Shown here one piece after another: positions 24,517 through 38,415 of a DNA stretch of 64,000 nucleotides (position 1 is its first letter; every line of letters starts with the position of its first letter). Source of the stretch: Balanoglossus misakiensis (Eukaryota > Animalia > Hemichordata); the NCBI GenBank assembly GCA_040954595.2, contig CM082598.2, positions 4,851,097 through 4,915,096 of the forward strand, written 5' to 3'. A program made the translations under genes and the position numbers. The notes under the pieces were generated by a model. That model had not been told where the DNA came from. It saw only the letters and a program-made list of their open reading frames with translations, and made no database searches.

Positions 24517-27500
24517 GTATTAATATTAGTGTTTGTATAATAAATGTACTACAATGTATTTGGAAAACATCGCCACTGTAACAATGTGCCCCTACCATAC
24601 AGTGTCTCGGCCTATGCCGCGCCCAGTGTGCCGGAACCACCCTGACATTTTGGTGTTACTGACCCCGTTACCCGCATATGCAGTAACCCTGGCATCACCT
24701 TTGACAAGAACGGCCGTGACCGACGCACTCCCTTGTGGAAGTGAAGGTCACCAGAGGGTAATAGAGCCACGCCCAAGTTCAGCTCATAAAAAAGCTTCGG
24801 CTGAGGTGACGTCACAGGGTCATTGACCTGACAACAATTCGTACAGTTCAATGTTGACGGCAACCATTCTTGGCTTTCCATGTGGCACTTTTTTCAGTAT
24901 TTAACTGGAGTGCTGCTGATCCTCGCTGTTAGAATACCACTTTCAACTGAAACGCATAGCCAGGCTAGCGGATACACTTATCCGGGATATCGATAATTCC
25001 CATTTAGTGAAAGAAAAAACCCTTTTTGTAGTTTTCTATTCAAGTGAGTCAGAGCGGGAGAGCGAACATCCCCCGGGGGGCTACGATGACCTCAGAGCAC
25101 GTGAACCATTTCCTTCAAAAATGTTTTGTGTTTACGATACAGAGTTGAAGGTTTGTACCACCGCCAGACTGTTCAATCTCTCAAAATTCTGACAGTCGAG
25201 TTATTTTGACTGGCAAAGTGAAGTTCACGGTTATGGACGTTAGCATATCCTGCAGTGGAATATGTTGGGGTCCATTTTAAAATTTACAGAGATTTTAGAG
25301 AACATTGTCGAGAGTTAAGACCCAAGGCCCTGGTAGCGAACTCTGCACTACGGTGAAATTGCAACTGCAGTGCACTTCGCGACGAACCTCCGTGGTATGT
25401 TAGTTACCATAGGAAGGTATGCCCCGGAATATAATGTCGGCCAATCGATAAAATTAGAGGCATAATAACAAATATCTCAGGCAATTTGTCTGCATCAACA
25501 AGTTGTCAAGATATTGACACCACTTGTAGGAGGCGACAGCACCGACCGACTCGCGAATTGAGTGCTTTTTTCGTCAAATATTTCCTCGAAGTTAAGCGTA
25601 GTCGTCGTTTGGTCGATAGCAAAGGCGTCCTATGTAGTACAATGTGTACGGACCACGCTTGAAGCTATTGACTACAGTAGGCCGGTTGCTGGCTGGACAC
25701 GAGGCCGTTTAGTTCCAGAAATATTTACAAGGTAATCAAACGAACTGATGCAACAGCGCTTCACTTACCTTGACCAAGCAGCCATATATCTTCAAACGGA
25801 CGTGGTTCCTGACAATGACTATGAACCCGCTTGGCTACAACTTGAAATCGTGTGGAGCAATGTGGGTATATTCGGCAGGGGGTTACAACTGCCTATCTAC
25901 AGGGTCTGTTCAAGCACACAGATATGAATGACCCAAAGTTAAACTGTCACCAGTCTCTCTGAAGTAAATAACCACAAACAAACAAACCACGAGCAAAAGT
26001 CGCGTTTGTGGTTCGGTTGTCGGGGTCAGTATATCGGCAACATTTAGCAACTATCTCATCTCCGCTGACCAAATCGTTGTCATGGAAAAATATCGAATAA
26101 ATGCCAAAAATATTCTCTGGTCTTGCAGGAAAGTGTGTTAAATGATGAATCTTTGATTGAAAACGACCGCTTCATGTCAGCGCCACAAGTCAGTCGAGAT
26201 GAGTCAGGCAGTCAGTCAGTCAGTTACTGCAGCCTGCCAGTGTGTATATATGTCTGTCTGTCTGCCTGCCTGCCTGCCTGCCCGCCTGTCTGTCTGGTTG
26301 TCTGTCCGTCTGTTTATCGATCAGTCTTCTGAATGTATGTCTGTCTCTTCTCACAATGAATAACCTTTTATTGAACGTTGTCCTTGACAGAGATTTACAA
26401 ACATTCTGACACGTCAACGTTGGGCCAAAACACAACACTCCCGACAAGTCATAAATTTCTTTCCGCAAAATATGGCCTGACAAAAAACAACTGTGCGTAA
26501 TAGCCCCCACTTTAGCCAAGAGTGGCTGTCATTATACCAATTAAAACACCTATTTCAAAATAAAGACGGGTGTATTTACGAGTATTTCAACTCGAAAAGG
26601 TGTTTATGGCGACACAATTAAACTTAGATCCGAGTGGTAGTGTAACGGAATATACAAAGCGGTTAACTTGCTGCCCAAAAGTCTATTTGTTTCGTAAATG
26701 TCGAAACGCATCCGACCATATAGAGAACAAATGATGTCAACTTTTTGTGTAGGTAAGGAAAAGGGGACAATAGTAAGCCTGTTCCTATGTCCAAGGTGGT
26801 ATCGGTCTAGCCTTGACATATCGAACTGCGCTGGCGCTGTTTGCACACTGCCCAAGTCTGGTAACGATTCACTTGCAAAGCATTTGAAAAATTGAGGAGA
26901 TATTTGTCCTCTACGTTATAAATCAGTTCGGATTTCGCAGCCCCCATTCCGCGATGAACCCACCTGCAGACCCTTCTCTTCGCGCCGTACCGGAGCCGGC
27001 GCAGTGCGTAGCAACCGCGGCACGGCGGTAGATTTTCGACCGGGCATACCACAGGGGATTAGCCGTTTGTGAGGCCATTACTTCGAACAATCCAATTTAA
27101 GATGGGCGGGTGTACAATTCATCAAAAGAGCAAATAGCCACTTCTATTATTTGCACTAAACCGACTCACATAGCTCAACTGTATTGGTTTTACTAGGCTC
27201 ATACAAAAGGTCGACCCAAAACACAAATCAATGGAAATTATACTTTCTAGGTTGTTTACTCACGCGATCAACAAATATTTTTTTTATCATTCTTCGTTTT
27301 GTGTGTGTTGGGAATAGTTGTGTTTAAAAACTCGTTAGACTGTCTTTGAAACAGACCGCGTATCGACAATAAAATCCACACTCCTCTCGTTTTTACTCAC
27401 CCTTTCGTGATAAAAAGATTTATGTATTCAGGAAAAAAAGTCAAAACACTTAATGAAAAGTCTATCTTTAGATCAATGTTTGTAAACCGCTTGCGGTTAG

Positions 27501-30500
27501 TCGCGAGGCACCTGCACCGCCTGAAGACATGTTGACGTGTTATCTTATCTAAAGTCGTTGGTGATACAGTATCAGAATTCTGATGGTCAATATTGCTTGT
27601 ATAACATATACTTCGGCAATCTCATCAGAATAAAATGGCCGTTGCGAGTACAATTTAATTCTGGCGATCGCCTAGTAGTAGAAATGGTGATTTTGTCAAT
27701 AAAAATAAAATATATCTGGCATGGTGACGTCAACCAGACATGTATATGTACGTGTATGTTTAAGTAGTGACCCCTATTTCACCCCCGAATCAAAATATGA
27801 TTCCTTATCATGTTGACAAAACACGGTTTATTGTGTTTTACAAACGACGGTCAATAGATCAATCAATCAATCAACAACTTGTCAAGGAAGTTTTTATAAA
27901 CATCCATCACGCAAATTTTCATCTGCGTTAAAGTATATTTCCAAGGTTACCAATCCAATGGATTGTCATCATTTTATGGTTTTATTCAATACAGACACCA
28001 TTGTACTTATACATTTCGCATTTTATTGGCTCTGATCCGTGCCGGGCAAAGTAGGTCGGGTTCGTGGCTCCACGAATTTTTGGCTTAGCCTAATGTCCCC
28101 TGGTATTGCATTTTTGTCTACATAGGGCCTAAATGCTTTTGATGTTAAGTCCTCAGTCACGCGACCGCATTCTTTAATTAAACCGTGTTTTTGAAACGTG
28201 GTGTTGCGTGGAAAATACCACAACATTCTTCAATTCATTATGTCCACTTGTCAGTTATATGAGGCAATATTTACCCATTCTGTGAAATTAGATGGTATAG
28301 GTCTTGCATGGTATTTTCTCTAGGTCTAAACGCTGAGTGTCAAAAACAATGGTTTGTTTAGCATACGTAACATTTTCGCGAGCTTATTTTGACATTGAAA
28401 TATTGCAACATACAATGAATGCGCAAATACATCTGACTACAGTGGGCAATCAAAAAAGCAAACAAGTACACATGTAATAAACCATCCTAACGCCTCTCTC
28501 ATAAAGCGATGTGTTACAAGATCAATTTTAGGAGTAAGTCCCCGGCCAAGCTGACAATAAAACATGCTCATTTGACATTTATGGGACTGTTGTAAAAACG
28601 CACAACAATTTAACACCTGTTTGAACTCCAATAGTCATTTATGAGACCCGTTTACATAAGATAACACACCTGTCGTCACCCCCTTCTTATATGGGACCTC
28701 TTATAGTTCTGTGATTCCATTACAGATATAGATGAAACCAACTCAAGTTTATTTTTTGTGATTTTCTAGTTATTGTGACACGTATAGTAAAACATCGGTT
28801 TGTCACACTTTGGAAAACCGCTAACAGTGACGTCCAATAACTGATGGTGATTACAGTTACAATAGGGAAGTCAAAGAAATATTCCTGTAAATTTGAAATT
28901 TCATGTCTGGAGTGGACGTTGGTTCAATATGACACCATAAGGGCTTGTCATGTCTGGGCAAAACACCACAATCGCGATATAGCTGTCTTCTCTCAATTGG
29001 GACACATACCTATTTTTAATACCACACATACAACCCTGACCTACATTTCCTGAGAAACAGTCATAGCTCGCTGGACCTTGTAAACACACCTAGCCTCGAC
29101 CAGCACACCTTAGATACCCCAGACAGAATTTCTCTGAAGCCACGCATGCGCACTCCTCCACGGTGCTGTACCTGTCCACGGACATGACCAACGGTGGTGA
29201 TCAATTATCCGAGACTTCTGACTTTTCAAACGTTCCCCGGTCTCTAATTACTCCAAGTTGGTTATTTCCGGTTCGCATACGCGCCTCAGGGAAATTTCCA
29301 GGAATATAATAGTCCTCCAAACCTTTGCTATTTTAAATTGTGTGAGGAGTCTTTTGAAGACAAAGAAGAAAGTATGCTTTCAACCGTCTTGTTTTCATGA
29401 AAATCGGCACTTAAAATTTTCTCCATAGAATTATACAGAGAGACCGGCAGCCATGTTGATTTTGTTCTCTCATTCGAAATTGTGTGCGGGGATCCCACAG
29501 CGAAAAAAATGGCGTTTAAAGAAATGAATCAGACGCCTTGTGTGCATGCCAGCCATTCCAGCAGACAGACCGGCCATTCTGTCGACCCCTCGGCTAACAA
29601 TTGCCTCGTTGTACTTTAACATGCAACAAATAGTTTCCGAAGAGGCACTTGAACACAGTCGGCAAATAAGTACTTGACGCGGCGAACAGTCAGCCCCGGG
29701 CGAAGGCCGGTTGCTAATTCGGGTCGTGGGTACTGGGCTAAGTACAGTTAGTACGTGGCTGAGCCTTTTGATGAAATAATACCTGCTTACTATTAAGCCG
29801 AGAAAAATTATTTTCTCATTTTGATATTTTGGAAAAAAAATTTCAAACATGACGACATGACAAGATGTCGTCCTTGATACAAATGAATTACAATGCGCAA
29901 GACACCTGCTGCGCATTCTGACATGTTTTGAACTGACAGTATGGAAATTGTGCTACATGGGATTATTCATTGTATCTCAAGGCCTTCGACCCTTTTGCAA
30001 ACAGTTATTCATGAAAAAGTATTTACATATAAATGACATTTTTGTACGGTGGAATTTCCATAGGATAAAAAAATACAATAATCCAACTAGTACCACTTTG
30101 CAAATAATTTCGTTATGAAGGTTTATGGCGGCAGACGGTAAGCAGTGGCGATGTTTACACATATTTACACAAAATATTTAGATGGGATCTGATTTCTCTG
30201 ACAATGTGCAATGACCAAGAATTGGTTTAGGCGAAGCCTTTTGACAGAGATTGAGACTATACAACTTCACTTGAAATACATATTTTGCGCTACCGGAATT
30301 TTCACAAATGCGCCCTCTACGGTTGTATTGAGTGGTGAACTTGATAATATCACATGGATCAGTCGATAATCTTTTGCAAATCTGACGTGTTTCTTTCGGT
30401 AGACTTGAGTACTATTTACTGGAGTTTACACAAACGAACACTTGCTATGCGATTGTTTTGGGTGGTATCATCTTGGAGAAGCATATTTTTTTTCAGACGA

Positions 30501-33500
30501 CAATTTTTGGCAATCTTGGAGAATCATATTTTTGTCAGACGACAATTGTTGGCAATCGGCCACGGTTTTTATTTATCAGTCCAATGGTTGGAGAACAATG
30601 CATGTTTATTATTTTTTCTTGGAATACAGACCGGGTGGTCATTTACAGCTAAAATCAACAAGAAGGGTAGTCCAGGGAAATGTTAGTACTTAATCACATG
30701 ATTTCTGTCAAAATAAAATGAATGAACCTTGCTCCGTTGCTAACCAGTTGTAGACGACAACATGGCGTCAAAACTGCTGATCGAAAAAGTCGTTTCGACG
30801 TTCGTTTCAGCTAGACTACATATCATCAGATACTTAAGATGACCTGGATAGCTTCCACGGTCAAATGTCACTTTAATCTCCGCAAGAGGCAACCTCGATT
30901 AATTTGTTATTGCAAGAATTGCCTGCGCGATCCAAGGTAACTAGGATCCGAGCGATACGTTTATATAATAGCTGGCCGTACTGTTTAAGGTTCGCCCACC
31001 CTGCACTTCATAAGTGTATAACTTTAACAATATTTCCATGATGCAATTTATGGTCCGTGCCAAGTATTACGTCATTCAAACATCTTTCTTATATGTATGG
31101 TGTTAACAAAACTCTCAAAACCAAAAACCACGGACAAAAGAAAAAGGTCCTACTAACTAACGAAACAAGATTTATCCAAATACTACATAATACAGTAACA
31201 AACAGTTTTTGAGTGAATTAAGAACCTTCCTCCAAAAACTGTGCCGAAGTGAAATCTGAAACGATGAAATTAGCACGCCCCATTTCCTCACACAAAAAAC
31301 TGACACCACCGAAAATCAATACGCCGACCCCAGTCCATCACCGTAACGGTAACTGAAACCACGGTACCTCTATCCTGAAACGAAGTCGGCCATGTCAGGC
31401 CCAGATATGTATAAGTAGTTCCCCTCAGCAGACAAGTTCAAACCTATTATTTTTTCAAGAGGTCCGGTTACACAATATAACAATTAGCGTACCTGACGCT
31501 ATTTTGTTTCAAGGAGCGCCCAGAGTCTGACTTCGCACCAAGCGACTGGTATTTCGTGGGCAGGTGTTTATAGTTTGTGTTAATAAATTGCATCTGGACT
31601 ATAGCCCATCAGCTTGGCGTTTTTTGTCTTTATAAAGTTGTGTGCCGTCAATCAATTTTACTCATTGCCTTTCGTAGGCTAACCGTTTGTTTGTCTTGGG
31701 CGAGTTTTGGTACTCAGTTTGGGTACTATGGTACTATGTAACTTACGCGTCCACTCCGCTCACTATCACGCACACACACGTACATGAAAACGCTTATCCG
31801 CGCATCCTGGTATCTCAGAACACGCGGATTACATACTATCTTACCTGAAGAATTTCTTTCGCAGCGAAAATCAACAGAAAGCGGTTGGCCCACTCCAAGC
31901 GCCGACACCAACCGTCACCACTCGCCGCAGACAACGATTTGAGTCCCAGTCAGTAGTTTGTGTGGCGAAATTGACCGTTCGCTTTCTCAAGTTTTCAACA
32001 CCTTAGATAATGGGGCTCTACTATGTAGGCCCATTCAAAACAATTACGGAGGTCGCTGTTTACTCGATCTGCCCAGTCGACACACAAGAATAATAAAGTA
32101 ATTTTTCACGTCTGCCTGTCAGTTCCCTGCACTTTAATTGACCAGTTTGGTGATTAATGTTGCTACGGTCTAAATTAATAATTGACATTGCATATTAGGC
32201 GGATAAGGGATTACTCAATGCATACATGTGGTTTATGAAAGCGGCCTTGTGACGTTGGAGACATTGGCATGCGCAATGTGCCTGATGGTGTGCTACAGCA
32301 CACGTGTTATAGCGACCTCTACCGGTATAGATGAAAACTGCTGCTGCACACGGCGTTGTAAGATTTTTCTTGAAAATATCAACGTTTGAATTTGAAATTG
32401 TTTCTCCCTCCCGTAACGTAACATGACATGTTCAAGGAATTACCGGTTCAAATAAAGTCGGTGCGCTAAATCTTGTTGACTTGTGTCAATATACCACCTG
32501 TTTATTGACCCCATTGCAAGAGTACAGAACTAAATCATGTCATATATGCGCATGGGTATTAGAATCACCACAAATTCAAAATGGCGTCGTCAGCGAACTA
32601 CAGATATAGGAATTCGAAGAAGATGGAAGTTTTTGTCAATTAAAATATGCTACAACTGGCAGCTCATGGGGCTTTAATAAATTCCACAACACAAATTATC
32701 TCTGATAAGAATTTAATACTTTTTTCGTACAAGAAAGGGAAAGTTACACTTCATTTCAGGACAAGAAATGAGGATATCTCTCTCAGTCGCAAGCTATGGT
32801 ATTTACCATTCAAATCTTACAAGCAGGTACATTACACAGTGGTGTTGATCAGAAAGAGTACTTGCAGCTCAGCCAACAACTGTCATCACCCCCACCCATC
32901 CATCATGTAAAGAAAATGCATGATTCAATAATAGATGATGATGGACAAATATTCTGTTTGTTTCTGCCGCAGTAATAGGACCACTACTCGATGTGCAGGT
33001 CTGGCTGAAATTTTTTAACAAAAGTCTTTTTTTTTTGTTCATTAATTTATTTATTCCTATTATTTTCCCTGGGTAATGAAATGTGCATACCACACCATAT
33101 AAAATCACTTCTCACTTGTGTGCATTTAAAAAAAATGAAACTAAATCCATGTATTTCTCTGTATATTCGTTCCATGTATTTGCGGTACTACCCCCAAACA
33201 AACTAAAGATTTGCAAGCTTCTCACAATCAAATTGAACCTGAATCACTCAGCTTTGCTAAAAATGTCCATGTTTCAATGATTTATCATTCACAGGTATGA
33301 AAACCAACCTTTCACTTCTATATCAGGTACACCACAGAAATCTGCCATCTTGAAATTCTGTGGATATTTTTATCACTCACCTAGGTAGCAAAAAGGTTAT
33401 GATATCATTGGCACTAGAAATGGGCTTTTCAAATTTCAAGTATTTTTTCTCCCTTGCAATAGTGGATACGATTCTGAAATGTGAGTTCTCGATATTTACA

Positions 33501-33554
33501 CTTTGTCGTGCGGCCATCTTGTCCCACCAGTTGACCTTTGACCCTCTGCGGTAC

Positions 33555-36500
33555 TCAATGGAGTTTCACTGGCTTGTACGGTCTCCAGAACAAACTCGAG
33601 CCCCGTTTTAGTTGACCCTGAAAAATACAACAGACAAATACACGGTTTAAAGGGTGTCTGTATAGGCATGTTTCAAGATTACACAAGGCATAAATTATGT
33701 AAATAGACATGCATAAATTATGTAAATCTGATCACATGACTTACCCCACGGCTGAGGTCTCTCCAGCAGTTCCCCCAACCTGAATAGATGGGCATAAATG
33801 GTGGTTCACCTGCTGCTAAGCTGTTGACAAATGAAATCAAGTTCATGTATCAATATTCACTATCCTCTTAGACTTCATAAAGTACTGTAAAACACTCACG
33901 AGTTGAAATTTTTGCGATATCGCGAGAAGCCACTGTTTCGTGAGTATTAATTTTCGCGTTCTCTTATTTCATTCACTGCATTGTCATCTAAAAAAAAATT
34001 ACGCGACTTTTCTATTTTCATGCTATTTTGGCTCTCGCGTATTTCACGAAAATTTATTTCTAGCGAAAATAAAGTGTTTTACATTATACAATCAACTATG
34101 CAAATTGAATCACTGTTATTGTGTGCTGGTGCTAGGAGGGTCTGAGGTACTTACCCACAGTTGTTGACAGTATAAACAGTGGATACCAGAGTAAAAGGAT
34201 ATGTCAACATGTTTGAGAAGAACTGAAAGAAAATATTAACAAGATTGTTTGACTCATGAAATATGTGAATATTTCTACAGTTGCAACAAAAAAAGCAAAA
34301 TAATTAATCAATTTAGTCTGCATTATTACATTTTAACTATTACAGATAATATAATTTAACAGGGAGAAATATTGTAGCAAAATTCAAATCTCACTTGGCC
34401 AAAAATGTATTTAAGACGAAATTTTCCATAGACAGATGTTTGTTGTGAAGTTAAATGTCAGAGTTCGATAATAGGTGAACTCTGTAGACAATCTACAAAC
34501 AATAAACCATGTTTTGTTCAATTAAATGTACTCACCCCCGTCACTGCCATGGAATAACTTCTCAATTCTTTGACGTTTGCCATCTGAACAAAAACAAAAC
34601 ACCATCATATTTTTGTTGTTTCTTAACTATTTTATCAGCATTAATTCGAAAATTGAAGGCAGAACTGAGACATGACTTGCACTGGTACAAACAAAGCATA
34701 TACCACATCATATTTTGCAAGCTCATAAATATCATAGGCAGACTGCTAACTATGCAAATGGGTATAAGTCATGCGACCGCTTACCTCATCATCTAATATA
34801 TGTGCATTAATTATGTACATCAGTAGATTGCCCAGCCATAGTGACAGAAGCTCTCCTAAAAGTCGGGGTATGAACCCTCTGCAATGTAAACATTGATATT
34901 GTGTCAGACCATTATTGCAGTAGACAACTGCTGCAGATCATTATTGCAGAGACCCACATTATCCTTCATACAAACTTTAACATGTATATTTGTTTGTACC
35001 ATTATCACATGACTTATTCCAAGTCTCTTTTCCCCAGAACCCTAAGTAGGCATATTGCCAGTAAAAATTCATGAAATTCATACTAAACTGGAAATAAACA
35101 ATGCAACATGATGCTTGCGTGAAGTCATCATTCAATTTGAGTCAGTGAAACCATCTCAAATTATACTTACTTAAAGAATCCCAAAATTCCTTCCTCGTGG
35201 TATATTTCACTAAAGGAACCAAAAAATGAACTGCGAACAGAAAGAGAAACCCAGATCATAGTACTTTTAATTCGCTTCATGAATGCATTATTTACCTTAC
35301 AACAGATTCAACACCATCATTGTATGAACACTCAAAGTGAGTAATGAAAAAAGTCTGGGATTTTTTCCATGTGTTTTTAGGGTGAAATGCTCTTTTCCAG
35401 AAGTGGTCAATCATCATCATGATTCTTGTACAGATGAAAGGGTGAAACCCTCCATGCTTACCTATATTTCGTTTCACCCCCAACAAACTGCACCATGGAC
35501 CGAACCGTTATGACATGGAAGGGTTGGCTGGCCAATATGGCTGCAATGCGGGCCAGTGAGAGTTTGCCTGTCTGTACCAAGAAACACATATAATTTCAAC
35601 AACAAAGAAACAGAAATATAATTTCAACGACAAAGAAACAGAAATATTATTTCAAGATCAATATAAATGCTCCATTGAAATTTTCATAAATTTAGAATTT
35701 TCTGTCGGATAAATCTGACAATTAAGGCGGACCAAGTTCCGTTGCTGGTTGATAGATAAGAGTTGTATTGTCAAGACTGACTTACTTTAATTAGAGTTGC
35801 GTTCAGAGAAACGTCATTGACTTTCTTTTTCTTGCTCTCGTCATCTTCATCATCATTCAGTTGCTGAAACGAAAGCAACGAAAAATTATTCACACACTCT
35901 GACTCACTCTCTGTGCAGATCTCTTGAAAACAGCAGCTGAAACAAAACTCCACTATGAGTCAAAAATAAATTTACCCGACATGAAAATATCACTCAAATG
36001 GATAATTTTGCCCAAAATTTACCCAAACCGTTCTAGACATTTATTTTAGCGGATGTTATTATGCAAATTCAATCAAAGACAGAAAACAAAGTGCTCGGTC
36101 AACAGATTGTTTAGTTCTGTATGTGACGGGATCTTCTGGGACAGTAAACGTTACATGTACACTGTAGTACATGTGTGTGTGGACAGGAATGAGATTAACT
36201 TAAATGAGATTAACTTACATCCTGGACTTGTGAGGATACCAAACTACCAGCCAGACCGCTGCATAATCTGGGAACAAAACCTCGATACAATCCAATGAAG
36301 CCATCGACTGCGTAGATGTGTTTAACTGAAATGCAAAGTTTGAGTTTTTAACATCCATGTAGTCCAACCTGTCTATAGTGGCCAGTCAAGGGACTTTCCT
36401 AACATGGCCTTTATAGACAGGTCAATTAATGTATGCACATGTTAATAGCACAGGGACTGTAACAAAGTGGCCACTAACAGTTAGTGGCCACCTCTATATA

Positions 36501-37201
36501 GTGGTCACTTTGTTACAGTTCCTGTGCAATTCACATGTGCATTAATTAACCTCTATATAAAGGCGATTTGTCTATAAAGGCCAGTTTAGGAAAGTCCCTT
36601 GACTGGCCACTATAGACAGGTTTGACTGTATCATTCTCCACTGAATTCTCAACAAAAATCACTGAATAATACATTAGATATGGATCTGTAGTTTGCACAG
36701 AACTGGAAATGAAGCAAGGAAAAGTAAATGTCTGTCTAATATAAAGATAGGCTACTCACTGTATGTAACAAGTCCTGGTAACTGCATCTGCTGACGACCA
36801 AAGATGTTCCTGCCTAGTTTAGGTTGAATTGGCTCATGTCCAACCTGTTTAAAAAATACAGAGTCAGGATGTAAAGATACTTATCCCCACATGTAGCCCT
36901 GCGTGCAGTATGCATACTATAGTCAATAAAGATGTCGGAATCTTGCAAGTTGTTCTCGACACGAAATGACCCCAATGACCTTTGTCAAACGGAGGTGCAA
37001 AATGTACAACCGCTTGGCCGGGACGCTTGGAGGGCGTCTGTACGATCTGAGCGAAATCCTACAGACATCTTAAGATGTCTGGAACATATATGGGCGTGAA
37101 GTATCGCTGGCACGTACCTGAATTAGAACTTTAACCAGTCCCATCGGATGGGACGCGGCTGTAATGCCCACTCCCGTCAGCAAAGGTGTCAGCTCCGCCA
37201 T
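33555..37201 (-). CDS. MTCH2: Mitochondrial carrier homolog 2
   Basis: Eleven in-frame exons: 37201-37118, 36844-36760, 36325-36219, 35863-35786, 35571-35462, 35230-35171, 34878-34785, 34583-34536, 34222-34155, 33820-33745, 33617-33555. Protein MAELTPLLTGVGITAASHPMGLVKVLIQVGHEPIQPKLGRNIFGRQQMQLPGL...SQPFHVITVRSMVQFVGGETKY...EEGILGFFKGFIPRLLGE...LTYPF...VNNCGLAAGEPPFMPIY...GQLKRGSSLFWR. Confidence 0.95.
33885..34084. mobile_element. TA-flanked Tc1/mariner-type MITE (CTGTAAAACAC termini), decayed copy
   Basis: Homologous to 41019-41207; lies in an MTCH2 intron. Confidence 0.7.
36360..36628. mobile_element. Tc1/mariner (pogo/Tigger-like) MITE with long TIRs
   Basis: AGTCCAACCTGTCTATAGTGGCCAGTCAAGGGACTTTCCTAA...TTAGGAAAGTCCCTTGACTGGCCACTATAGACAGGTTTGACTG-TA. 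Confidence 0.75.
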
Positions 37202-38415
37202 TTTGAATCCTGGTCGCAAAGTGTGGTGAACTACATGAGGGCGCACTAACCAGTTGCGTGGACACAGGCACTGGGCGTGTCTCCGACGGTTGAGTGCCCG
37301 TTAATGTTTGCCTGCCTGCCTGTATGTCTGTATTGGCAACTATTTCGCAATTATGGCAATAACTTGCTTCTATACTCTGTAGAAATTTCCAGTATACAAT
37401 TGAATTATCGTTGAAGTTCACTGATCAGTGGAAAAAACATTTTCCATCCCCGACTTTGTCCCTAAAACATTCGAGGGATGATAGGCCTATTTCTCTCCCT
37501 TTCTCAGCATGCGTGTAATTTTTAGACAGGATAAAATTGCATTGGAATTGGATTTTGCTCGAGTTGAAATTATTCTTGAAAATACGTAATAAATGTGATT
37601 GACGTGTCTCTAAATGTGGATCGTCTGACCCCCCGGCAAGGAATGATCGCATGCTTGCCGAGAGGTGCCGGTAGTCGAGTCGGGGATATGGCAAACACCC
37701 TCACGGTGACCTATTTTCGCCCACGCTCATTTGTACTTTTGGCTGCGCCAATATGTTAGAAAACAAACGAAGGTGCGGCATTTCTTATATATAGGTAGCT
37801 ACCTGTCCACAAATACAGGTTATATGCCAGAGACATCAGAGAAATACTGCAGTTTCATTATTTTGTGTGACAGTGAATATGGGGATAGCTATGTGTTGTC
37901 TATCTTTCAATCTTCTTTACTCTTCTGGTATAAAAACAGATTGCAGCGAGGTTAGATCCTTTAAAATAATAGTAACCATGTCCCCGCTGTTTACCTAAGG
38001 AGATAAGAAGATTGGACGAGAAAATGATCGGGACAAAATTATCTATCAAAACCCTGAAATGGTGTTGTAAATCCTGTGTAGGGAACTAATTACTAGACTA
38101 CTTCCCGTTTCTTTTTTTTTCCACTTCAATTTCTCTTCAGAAAGTTCCTGTTTTGGCGACTTCTATCAATATTCATGAATTTACTCTGCAAGTTTACTTT
38201 CGCACATTATAAACCAGGGATTGGCCAGGTGTGGAAAATTTATGATTGTACATATATTCAGGCCAGTGCGCAAAATTGGAGAAAATGATATTTTTTATTC
38301 ATCTTTTGCCCGTGTTTTGTTTTTTATCTACTACCACGTAAGTAAGAGTTGATTGATTAATTTATAAATTGATTAATTAAGAAGTAAGCCAGAACCATGA
38401 GGATTTATTGAAGCA

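Noticed and set aside
24332-24640. Poly-His/Ile/Met ORFs
   Set aside because: Translations of the trinucleotide microsatellite.
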